Origin: Candidatus Cloacimonadales bacterium
GTDB taxonomy: Bacteria > Cloacimonadota > Cloacimonadia > Cloacimonadales > JAIOQZ01
NCBI GenBank assembly: GCA_963662655.2
Contig: CAXXTU010000002.1
Span: 1,920,001 to 1,984,000 of the forward strand
Length of the DNA: 64,000 nt
Direction: 5' to 3'
Shown piece after piece: positions 42,595 through 50,429 of the stretch. The notes beneath the pieces are model-generated. The model saw only the letters and a list, made by a program, of their open reading frames with translations. It made no database searches and had not been told where the DNA came from. The first letter of the stretch is position 1. Each line of letters begins with the position of its first letter. A program made the position numbers and the translations under genes.

Positions 42595-42906
42595 ATGGCT
42601 ATAACAGCTTTAACGAACGACAATTTCGCCAAATCAATCGAAACCGGCGTTTCGGTTGTCGATTTCTGGGCGCCCTGGTGCGGACCGTGCCGTATGATCG
42701 AGCCAGCGGTCAAAGAGTTGTCGGAAGAAATACCTGAAGCGAACTTCTATAAAGTCAATGTGGACGAGGCACAGCAGATCGCCGTACAATTCGGCGTTAT
42801 GAGCATCCCGACCATCATTATTTTCAAAGACGGCGAAGTGATAGATACCACCGTCGGCGTTGTCCCGAAAGGACACCTCAAGGATAAAATCAAGTCTTTC
42901 ATCTAA
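42595..42906 (+). CDS. trxA: Thioredoxin
   Basis: VDFWAPWCGPC and VMSIPT motifs. Start MAITAL after GGAGG. Confidence 0.96.
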   Translation: MAITALTNDNFAKSIETGVSVVDFWAPWCGPCRMIEPAVKELSEEIPEANFYKVNVDEAQQIAVQFGVMSIPTIIIFKDGEVIDTTVGVVPKGHLKDKIKSFI

Positions 42907-42924
42907 TTGATTTTCACAGATAGA

Positions 42925-42961
42925 AACGGCGCTATCGTTGAGATCGCGCCGTTCTTTATTT
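42925..42961 (+). terminator. Intrinsic terminator after trxA
   Basis: AACGGCGC/GCGCCGTT stem followed by CTTTATTT. Confidence 0.7.
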
Positions 42962-42994
42962 CATTTCAAAGCGGAATTGCTTGCAAAATCCCAA

Positions 42995-43228
42995 GGTGGG
43001 CTCAGATTCGTTCGATCTGCCGCGCAGGCGTGGTGTTACACGTCTAATTTCGGCTTTCACGAAGTGAAAACGAAATCATGCAGGAAGCACGAAGTGCTGG
43101 AGTCGGCTTTCACGAAGTGAAAACGAAATCATGAGCGTTGTGATTTCGTATAACGAAATCATGTTAGCGAACAATTGGGCGTCTTATATCCACGACGGAG
43201 TGGTGCGATCGGGCGAAGATGACCCACC
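42995..43228 (+). repeat. Structured intergenic repeat, family 1, copy C (expanded loop with a 31-bp direct repeat)
   Basis: CAGATTCGTTCGATC...TATATCCACG...GATCGGGCGAAGATG arms. Internal TCGGCTTTCACGAAGTGAAAACGAAATCATG at 43050 and 43103. Confidence 0.8.
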
Positions 43229-43248
43229 GTCGCGAGCCAGCTCGTTAC

Positions 43249-44076
43249 CTAATCGCCCTTCTTCTCCAGTTGTTTTTTGAAGAAATCCACTGCACGATTG
43301 ATTTCCGCAATCCCCCTGTTCACCGAACCGATGTAGTAGTTCACGGCGATATCTGCCGGATCCCCGTCCTGATGATGATCGGGAAGATCGATGCCATACG
43401 AATACAGCATATCCTGATCGCCCACCAGACGCTTGCGCATCTCGAGCGCACCATGATGCTCCGGATCGAGCTTTAGAACCTGATTGAAGCAGGCCAGCGA
43501 TTTCTCCAGTTCCTTCACGCCCAGATATGAAAGCCCAAGGTGGTACTGCACGGAAACGATGGTCGGGTCCTCTTCGATAATTGCCTCAAAGCATTCGATT
43601 GCCTGCTTGTAGAAGCCGGCCGCCTTGCTGGCGACACCAAGCTGGTAGTAACCAAGCGTGGCGTTGTCGCTACGTTCTTGCAGATGCTTGTATGAATCGA
43701 TGCTTTTCTGCAATCTGCCCGTATGATAATAGGACAATCCAAGCCAGTAATGGGCAAGATAGATTTCGGGGTTGAGCTTGACGATCCGCTTGAATATCGT
43801 GATCGCTTTATCGAATCTCGTCGAGCGGAAGTAACCGATACCCAACCTGTACATCGCCAGGACATCGTTCGGCTGCTTTTCGATAACATACTCGTAAAGC
43901 TCGTTCGCCTTCTTCATGTTTCCCAAAATGTAATACAGATCAGCCAGGCTAATTCGAATATCGATCCGTTTGGGTTCGATATCAAGCACCTCATGATATA
44001 CCTTTACCGCATCGGATATCTTACCTTCCATCTTGAGCTGCAATGCCTTCTCGAGAAGTGTATTGATTTGATTCAT
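43249..44076 (-). CDS. Tetratricopeptide repeat protein
   Basis: Repeated 34-aa-like helical units (LGxxY...A...F...L.LDP). Start uncertain. Confidence 0.85.
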   Translation of the reverse strand: MNQINTLLEKALQLKMEGKISDAVKVYHEVLDIEPKRIDIRISLADLYYILGNMKKANELYEYVIEKQPNDVLAMYRLGIGYFRSTRFDKAITIFKRIVKLNPEIYLAHYWLGLSYYHTGRLQKSIDSYKHLQERSDNATLGYYQLGVASKAAGFYKQAIECFEAIIEEDPTIVSVQYHLGLSYLGVKELEKSLACFNQVLKLDPEHHGALEMRKRLVGDQDMLYSYGIDLPDHHQDGDPADIAVNYYIGSVNRGIAEINRAVDFFKKQLEKKGD

Positions 44077-44237
44077 TGTATCCCGCCTTCCATCTTTTTC
44101 GATATTATGCATGTATTCGAGAAATCTGTAAAGAAAAAAAACGAATCAAACCCAGTAATCTTGGATAAGACATTTTCATTGACGGTTTTTCGTAATTGGA
44201 TTTCTTTTGCGTTGAATTAAAATTAGGAGCTGAAGGA

Positions 44238-44303
44238 ATGAAAAAAAGCAATAGCTGCCCATTTTCCACCCTCTTCGCTCTTTCTCTATCCTTACTCCCC
44301 TGA
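44238..44303 (+). CDS. Putative leuS leader peptide MKKSNSCPFSTLFALSLSLLP
   Basis: AGGAG/GAAGGA RBS. Five Leu codons (CTC, CTT, CTA, TTA, CTC) in the last 10 sense codons, ending 94 nt before leuS. Confidence 0.55.
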   Translation: MKKSNSCPFSTLFALSLSLLP

Positions 44304-44397
44304 GGGGGATAATAAACAACTCATCTACGTTCCCGTTTCCCATCATGAAATCAAAGAAGATGATATAAAACAATGATATAAATACGGAGGATTTTTC

Positions 44398-46872
44398 ATG
44401 GAGTATCCTTTCCACGAAATCGAAAAAAAATGGCAGAAGATATGGATCGATAAAGGTATCTTCAATGCTACCGACTGCTCGGATAAAGAGAAGTACTTCG
44501 TTCTCTCCATGTTCCCCTATCCCTCGGGGAAACTGCACATGGGTCACGTATCCAATTACTCGATCGGCGACGCGGTTGCCCGTTACAAAATGATGGAAGG
44601 TTACAACGTCATGCAGCCCATGGGATACGACTCTTTCGGCATGCCTGCGGAGAACTTCGCCATCCAGCATAATTCACATCCACGGCTGACCACGGAAGAC
44701 AACATCGACATCATGCGCGGCCAGTTCAATTCCATGGGCTTCGGATTCGATTGGGACCGTGAAGTCAGCACTTGCCGCCCCAACTACTACAAATGGGGAC
44801 AGTGGCTTTTCAAGCGGATGTACGAGAAAGGCCTCGTCTATCGTAAAAAATCGTTCGTCAACTGGTGTGACGACTGCCAGACCGTTCTCGCGAACGAGCA
44901 GGTGGAAGACGGCGCTTGCTGGCGTTGCGGAAAAGAAGTGAAGCAAAAGGAAATGATGCAGTGGTTCTTCCGCATCACCGAATACGCCGAGCAACTTCTC
45001 GACTTCTCGGGAATGATCGACTGGCCGGAGCGCGTAATCACCATGCAGAAAAACTGGATCGGTAAAAGCTACGGAACGGAGATCGTATTCCCGCTGGAAG
45101 AAGGCGAAGGCGATATCCCCGTTTTCACCACCCGTCCCGACACGATCTACGGCGTTACCTTCATGGCTCTTCCTCCCGAGCATCACCTTGTGCGCAAGTG
45201 GCTCGAAGAGGAGAAAGAAGGCTCCGACATGGCCGCTTTCTGCGACAAGGTCTTGAAAGAAGACAAAGCGGAACGCTCGGCAGACGACACGGTGAAAGAG
45301 GGAGTCTTCACCGGTAGATATTGCATCAATCCGCTCAATGGCGACAAAGTCCAGATATGGGTAACGAACTACGTGCTCATGGAGTACGGTACCGGCGCTG
45401 TCATGGCCGTTCCCGCGCACGATCAGCGTGACTGGGAATTCGCGGCGAAGTATGATATCCCCGTCAAAATCGTCATCCAGAACCCGGAAGAAGAGCTCGT
45501 TCTCGATAACATGACCTGCGCATACACCGAGCCGGGCGTTATGGTTGCCTCCAAGCAATTCGACGGCATGAAAAGCACGGATGCGATCACGGAAATCTCG
45601 AAGTACATCGAAGCGGAAAACATGGGCAAGCGAACCGAGAGTTACCGCCTGCGCGACTGGGGAATCTCCCGTCAGCGTTATTGGGGAAATCCCATCCCGA
45701 TCATCCACTGCGATCAATGCGGCACCGTGCTGGTTCCGGACGAAGACCTCCCGGTCCTGCTTCCGGACGACGTTCAGGTCGGGAAGACCAAGCAAAATCC
45801 ACTGCTTTCGGCGGAAGCGTGGCTCAACACTACCTGCCCGAAATGCGGCGGAGCGGCCAAGCGCGAGACCGACACGATGGATACGTTCGTCGATAGCTCA
45901 TGGTATTTCGCGCGCTACACGGACGCACTGAACGACGATCAGCCCTTCTCCAAGGAGAACGCGGACTACTGGCTGCCCATCGATCAATACATCGGCGGCA
46001 TCGAGCACGCCTGCATGCACTTGTTGTATGCCAGGTTCTTCCACAAATTCATGCGGGACATCGGTCTTGTTTCCTGCGATGAGCCGTTCTCTCGTCTTTT
46101 AACCCAGGGAATGGTGATCAAGGACGGGGCCAAGATGTCCAAGTCGAAGGGCAACATGGTCGATCCAGGCGATTACATCGATCGCTACGGGGCAGACACT
46201 GTGAGGTTGTTCATGCTCTTCGCGTCGCCACCGGAAAAGGATGTCGAGTGGAACGACGAAGGCGTTGTCGGCGCATTCCGTTTCCTGAATCGCATCTGGC
46301 GGTTGGTTGAACAAAACCTGCACATCGTGAAGAAATTCCATAAGCATTACGCAGAGGATATCGAGATATCCAGGGATATCAAAGAGCTGCGTTACAGCAC
46401 GCATTTCACAATAAAGAAAGTGAACGAGGACATACGCGAAAGAATGCACTTCAACACTGCGATTGCGGCGGTTATGGAGCACCTGAACAACGTTTCTTCC
46501 ATCAAGGTGGAGAACCTGACCGACAATGAAAAGGTCATTTTCGCTGAAGCGATTGCGGTAATCCCCAGGCTTCTCTACCCCTTCACGCCACACATCTGCG
46601 AAGAGCTGTGGAAGATGATGGGGGGGACCTCCTTGCTTCACAAAGTGGGAATCATCGAGCACATCGAGAAGTTCCTGGTCAAAGACGAGATTACTTACCC
46701 AATCCAGATTATGGGCAAGCTGCGCGGCAAGCTGGACGTTCCCGCCAGCACCCCGATCGAAGAGATCAAAAAACTCGCGCTGGAAGTCGATAATGTGCAA
46801 AAGCACATCGAGGGCAAGACGGTCCGCAAGGTTATTGTTGTCCCCAATAAGCTTGTCAGCATTGTCGTGTAA
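44398..46872 (+). CDS. leuS: Leucine--tRNA ligase
   Basis: MFPYPSGKLHMGH (HIGH-like), KMSKS, GTGAVMAVPAHDQRD editing domain and DWGISRQRYWG. Confidence 0.98.
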   Translation: MEYPFHEIEKKWQKIWIDKGIFNATDCSDKEKYFVLSMFPYPSGKLHMGHVSNYSIGDAVARYKMMEGYNVMQPMGYDSFGMPAENFAIQHNSHPRLTTEDNIDIMRGQFNSMGFGFDWDREVSTCRPNYYKWGQWLFKRMYEKGLVYRKKSFVNWCDDCQTVLANEQVEDGACWRCGKEVKQKEMMQWFFRITEYAEQLLDFSGMIDWPERVITMQKNWIGKSYGTEIVFPLEEGEGDIPVFTTRPDTIYGVTFMALPPEHHLVRKWLEEEKEGSDMAAFCDKVLKEDKAERSADDTVKEGVFTGRYCINPLNGDKVQIWVTNYVLMEYGTGAVMAVPAHDQRDWEFAAKYDIPVKIVIQNPEEELVLDNMTCAYTEPGVMVASKQFDGMKSTDAITEISKYIEAENMGKRTESYRLRDWGISRQRYWGNPIPIIHCDQCGTVLVPDEDLPVLLPDDVQVGKTKQNPLLSAEAWLNTTCPKCGGAAKRETDTMDTFVDSSWYFARYTDALNDDQPFSKENADYWLPIDQYIGGIEHACMHLLYARFFHKFMRDIGLVSCDEPFSRLLTQGMVIKDGAKMSKSKGNMVDPGDYIDRYGADTVRLFMLFASPPEKDVEWNDEGVVGAFRFLNRIWRLVEQNLHIVKKFHKHYAEDIEISRDIKELRYSTHFTIKKVNEDIRERMHFNTAIAAVMEHLNNVSSIKVENLTDNEKVIFAEAIAVIPRLLYPFTPHICEELWKMMGGTSLLHKVGIIEHIEKFLVKDEITYPIQIMGKLRGKLDVPASTPIEEIKKLALEVDNVQKHIEGKTVRKVIVVPNKLVSIVV

Positions 46873-46894
46873 TTCAATAGATAGCCTTTTCTTC

Positions 46895-46923
46895 AGCCAC
46901 CGGAAAACCGGTGGCTTCCTTTT
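46895..46923 (+). terminator. Probable terminator after leuS
   Basis: AGCCACCGG-AAAA-CCGGTGGCT followed by TCCTTTT. Confidence 0.7.
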
Positions 46924-46948
46924 CGATGCGAGTCGAACGCCCGACTCA

Positions 46949-47057
46949 GCGCGGGGCGGCGTGTTTGCAAGGCAAACAAGACCGCGTTCATGCTGTCACT
47001 TACCAAACAGCATGAACGCGTTCTCTGGAAGCGTACGCTTCCAACGCCGCCCCGCGC
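46949..47057 (-). repeat. Four-way-junction repeat, family 2, copy 1
   Basis: 14-bp closing stem GCGCGGGGCGGCGT/ACGCCGCCCCGCGC enclosing three abutting hairpins. Related to 52433-52550. Confidence 0.8.
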
Positions 47058-47210
47058 GGGAGCGCATCTCTCAACGACTCTCAACCGGGGCTCGAGAAAA
47101 TCCCGAATCGCTTAACTCATATTTAACACACACAAACTTCGAACAATTAAAAAATTGACAGACGAAATTGCGTTCACAATTTTGCAAAAAAATAAGAATG
47201 GAGCTTTCGC

Positions 47211-47771
47211 ATGAGGAAACGGGTATCATTTCGTCCGGCAGTTATCAAATGCTTGCTTTTCTCACTCGTGCTTATCGTGCTCCTATCGTGCGCTCTCGAA
47301 GAAGAAATGCCGGTGCTGTACCATGTACCGTCCGGTTTTGAGACCTACCAGCTCGATTTCACGCCCTACACGAACAAGGGCTTCCTCTTCACGCCGCGCA
47401 GTTACAGCGGAAAATACAATTCTGTCGGACTCCTGGAATTCGATTACAACACGGAAGCGAATCTTGTCGAGATGACGCTGAACGAACTCACCGAGGAAGC
47501 GAGAAACGCCGGCCTGACTCCCATCACTTGTCTGATGTGGGAAGTTGAAGACCTCGATTATCAGGTGGTTCTCGATTACGCCTACCGCAAAGCGCTACAG
47601 ATGGGCGGCGACGCGATCGTGAGTTTCAAGCTGACCGCCGACACCAAAACACTCGTGAATCCAATCGATTATCCATCGGTCGAGATACCGGTCGTTCACG
47701 TGTCCGGATTTGTAATCAAACGGCATTATCCCTATCACACTGAGCCCTTACCGGATGAGCCGGAGGAGTAA
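47211..47771 (+). CDS. Hypothetical lipoprotein (YbjQ-like C-terminal motif)
   Basis: Lipobox LLSC and KALQMGGDAIV...VSGFVIKR. Confidence 0.7.
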   Translation: MRKRVSFRPAVIKCLLFSLVLIVLLSCALEEEMPVLYHVPSGFETYQLDFTPYTNKGFLFTPRSYSGKYNSVGLLEFDYNTEANLVEMTLNELTEEARNAGLTPITCLMWEVEDLDYQVVLDYAYRKALQMGGDAIVSFKLTADTKTLVNPIDYPSVEIPVVHVSGFVIKRHYPYHTEPLPDEPEE

Positions 47772-47851
47772 CGAAATGATCAGATAGCACGCATGTAAAA
47801 CGTATCGAGACGTATAACCTGGCGATGTTCCGGCTGAAAAAGGAGCAAATA

Positions 47852-48778
47852 ATGAAGTACGAAATCCGTATGTTCAAGAACCAAGCCGATTACGACGTTT
47901 TGAGGAAATTCCTCCGCGATACTTTTGTCATGAATGGCTATCTGGAAAAAAACTGGAGCGTTCAACGCCTGGACTACCTCTACTGGCATGGATGGAAAAA
48001 CTGCATGGAGATACTGCCCGAGCAGGGAGCGCAACTCATCTGCGATGCAAACGGTACCCTGATCGGCGCGAACCTCATGGAAGGATTCGGAGTCGTCTAC
48101 ATGCAAACGCATCCCGAGTACATATCCCGGGAGCTACTCCAGTTCATGATAGAAAATGCGGAGAAAGCGCTCTTCAAATCATTCCCCGACAACGTGAGAA
48201 AGATCGTAATCTGGTGCGAACAAACCGACACACTGAAACAGGACGTTCTCTTCGAGCGTGGCTACGAAAAGAAGTCCTGGAACGATCGTTGCGGACGAAT
48301 CAGGCTCTCAGATATCGAACCCAAACCAATAATCCCCAGAGGTTTCACGATCCGCGCCCAAGGGGACATCGAAGAGACTCCCGCCCGAAGTTGGGCCTCG
48401 TGGCGCGCATTCCATCCCGATGACCCGGCCGAAAACTACCAGGGCTGGCAGTGGTACAGAAACATTCAGAGATCGCCGCTCTATCGACGTGACCTGGATA
48501 TCGTATCCGTTAAGGATGATGGAAAAATCGTCGGATTCACCACCGTGTGGTACGACGATGTTCTCCGTACAGCCTATTTCGAACCGGTTGGTGTAATCCC
48601 CGAATACCATCGAAAGGGTCTTGCGACGGCCATGATCACCGAAGGGCTGCGAAGACTTAAAGAGATGGAAGCGACGTGGGCTTACCTCGGATCAAACGAG
48701 GAACCTGCCCATACCGTTTACGCCAAATGCGGATTCAAAGAAGCGCTTCGATCCAACGGGTGGCTGAGAATTCTCTGA
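47852..48778 (+). CDS. GNAT family acetyltransferase
   Basis: FEPVGVIPEYHRKGLA acetyl-CoA motif and VYAKCGF. Start MKYEIR after AGGAG. Confidence 0.88.
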   Translation: MKYEIRMFKNQADYDVLRKFLRDTFVMNGYLEKNWSVQRLDYLYWHGWKNCMEILPEQGAQLICDANGTLIGANLMEGFGVVYMQTHPEYISRELLQFMIENAEKALFKSFPDNVRKIVIWCEQTDTLKQDVLFERGYEKKSWNDRCGRIRLSDIEPKPIIPRGFTIRAQGDIEETPARSWASWRAFHPDDPAENYQGWQWYRNIQRSPLYRRDLDIVSVKDDGKIVGFTTVWYDDVLRTAYFEPVGVIPEYHRKGLATAMITEGLRRLKEMEATWAYLGSNEEPAHTVYAKCGFKEALRSNGWLRIL

Positions 48779-48867
48779 GCAAGCCTGGAAAAGCAAACAT
48801 AGGATATAATGAAGGGCGAAAGTAAAAAACTTTCGCCCTTGTATTTCACAGTAACAAAGATTTTTCG

Positions 48868-48896
48868 TTGACGGAAGAAAAGCGATCTTCAAAAGT
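48868..48896 (+). promoter_or_regulatory. Putative promoter of selC-selA-selB
   Basis: TTGACG -35 box, 17-nt spacer, weak -10 AAAAGT, ending 11 nt before the tRNA 5' end. Confidence 0.45.
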
Positions 48897-48907
48897 AACG
48901 CAACGTG

Positions 48908-49002
48908 CGGGAGGATGGATCTGGTGGTCCGGCTGGTCTGCAAAGCCAGTAGTGGGCGGATAAAACCGTCCGTGGCAGGTTCGATTCCTGCCCTCTCAGC
49001 CA
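48908..49002 (+). tRNA. selC: tRNA-Sec-type tRNA (7/5 fold) with GCA (Cys) anticodon
   Basis: Acceptor CGGGAGG/CCTCTCA, D arm TGGATC-TGGT-GGTCCG, anticodon arm GCTGGT-CTGCAAA-GCCAGT, 8-bp variable arm, T arm GCAGG-TTCGATT-CCTGC, G73-CCA. Directly upstream of selA-selB. Confidence 0.92.
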
Positions 49003-49031
49003 TTTTTCAACACTCAAACCAGGCGATGCGT

Positions 49032-50429
49032 ATGAAACAGGAAGAATTGAGAAAAATCCCCGGGGTCGATAAACTACTTACAGAACCATCCATCCAGAAT
49101 CTGGTACCGCAATTCGGTTTACCCATGGTGACGCAAGCGATCAGGCATATTCTGGATCAGGCGCGGCAGACCATCCTCGATGGCGGGAATGCCTCCAATC
49201 CCGAGACGTTGATCCGGGAGACAGAAGCGTTTTGCAAGCAAGCCGTTAAGCCATCGTTGATTCCCGTTATCAACGCGACGGGCGTGGTCATTCACACCAA
49301 TCTGGGCCGGGCACCTCTTGGCGAGTACGTTCTGCAGGAACTCACCCCCATCATCAAAGGGTACTCCAATCTCGAATACGACTTGTCCCAGGGAAAGCGC
49401 GGCAAGAGAGAGAGCCACATATCCAGGCTTCTGCGACAAGTGACGGAAGCGGAAGACGCGGTGGTCGTCAACAACAACGCTGCGGGACTCATGCTGAGCC
49501 TTAAAACGCTGGCCGAAGATAAGGAAGTGATCGTCTCTCGCGGCGAGCTGATCGAAATCGGCGGATCGTTCCGTCTGCCGGACATCATGGCCGCGAGCGG
49601 AGCGAAGATGGTTGAAGTCGGAACCACCAACAGGACGCGTATCAGCGATTACGAAAACGCGATCACTGATGATACTCGCGTGCTTCTCAAGGCACATCGT
49701 TCGAATTATTACATCGGGGGATTCACCGAGGAAGCGGAACTGGATGAGCTGGTCTCGCTAGCGAAGAAGCACAACCTTATTTTCATCTACGATATCGGCT
49801 CCGGCCTTTTGCGGAAACCGGAAGGACTTCCCCTTCAGAAAGAGCCGGATATCCTCAGCGCCATCAAGGCCGGTGTGGATATCGTCTGTTTCAGCGGCGA
49901 CAAGCTTCTGGGAGGCCCACAGGCGGGAATCATCGCCGGGAAACATGAATATGTCGGAAAAATCGCCAAAGCGCCCATGATGCGCGCGCTCCGCACGGGT
50001 AAAATGACGCTCGCGGCGCTCTCCGCAGTTATCCGGTGCTACATGGACGACGAAGCGCTGAAAATGAAACTCCCGCTTTTCCGCATGCTGAACCGTTCGC
50101 TGGAAGAGCTGCAACAAAACGCCGAATTTTTCACCCAAAAGCTTGCAGAGAAAGGCATCGCTTGCGAAATCGTGGCGAGCACCGCTTTTTGCGGCGGCGG
50201 AACCCTTCCCCATCTCGGCATTCCGAGCGTGGCGATAAATATCATTCCGCCAAGCCATAGTAAAACATGGGCTGAAGAAACGTGGTCGGCACTCATGCAA
50301 TCGGAGACGCCTGTCGTGGGCATATTGCGAGAAGGAAAGCTGCTTTTCGAGCTCTACACTTTGCAGACGGACGATTTTGACACCATCGCGAACGCTCTGG
50401 CCAAGATAAAGGATTGTACCTGCCCATGA
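49032..50429 (+). CDS. selA: L-seryl-tRNA(Sec) selenium transferase
   Basis: INATGVVIHTNLGRAPL, VVNNNAA, SRGELIEIGGSFR, EVGTTNRT and FSGDKLLGGPQAG (PLP lysine). Start at 49032 or 49026. Confidence 0.97.
   Translation: MKQEELRKIPGVDKLLTEPSIQNLVPQFGLPMVTQAIRHILDQARQTILDGGNASNPETLIRETEAFCKQAVKPSLIPVINATGVVIHTNLGRAPLGEYVLQELTPIIKGYSNLEYDLSQGKRGKRESHISRLLRQVTEAEDAVVVNNNAAGLMLSLKTLAEDKEVIVSRGELIEIGGSFRLPDIMAASGAKMVEVGTTNRTRISDYENAITDDTRVLLKAHRSNYYIGGFTEEAELDELVSLAKKHNLIFIYDIGSGLLRKPEGLPLQKEPDILSAIKAGVDIVCFSGDKLLGGPQAGIIAGKHEYVGKIAKAPMMRALRTGKMTLAALSAVIRCYMDDEALKMKLPLFRMLNRSLEELQQNAEFFTQKLAEKGIACEIVASTAFCGGGTLPHLGIPSVAINIIPPSHSKTWAEETWSALMQSETPVVGILREGKLLFELYTLQTDDFDTIANALAKIKDCTCP

Noticed and set aside
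43050..43163. 31-bp direct repeats with a 22-nt spacer, resembling a mini CRISPR array
   Set aside because: Only two full repeats, the spacer itself contains the repeat core CACGAAGTG, there are no cas genes, and it sits inside a family 1 hairpin element.
44160..44397. T-box riboswitch upstream of leuS
   Set aside because: No TGGNACCGCG T-box motif and no terminator/antiterminator pair are visible.
48908..49002. Reading the GCA tRNA as an ordinary tRNA-Cys or a CysRS-charged selC* tRNA
   Set aside because: The discriminator is G73, not U73. The D arm and variable arm are Sec-type, and an intact selA is adjacent.
48915..49031. ORF-track N-terminal extension of SelA (504 aa)
   Set aside because: It runs through the tRNA gene. 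SelA-like sequence starts at MKQEELRKIPGVD.
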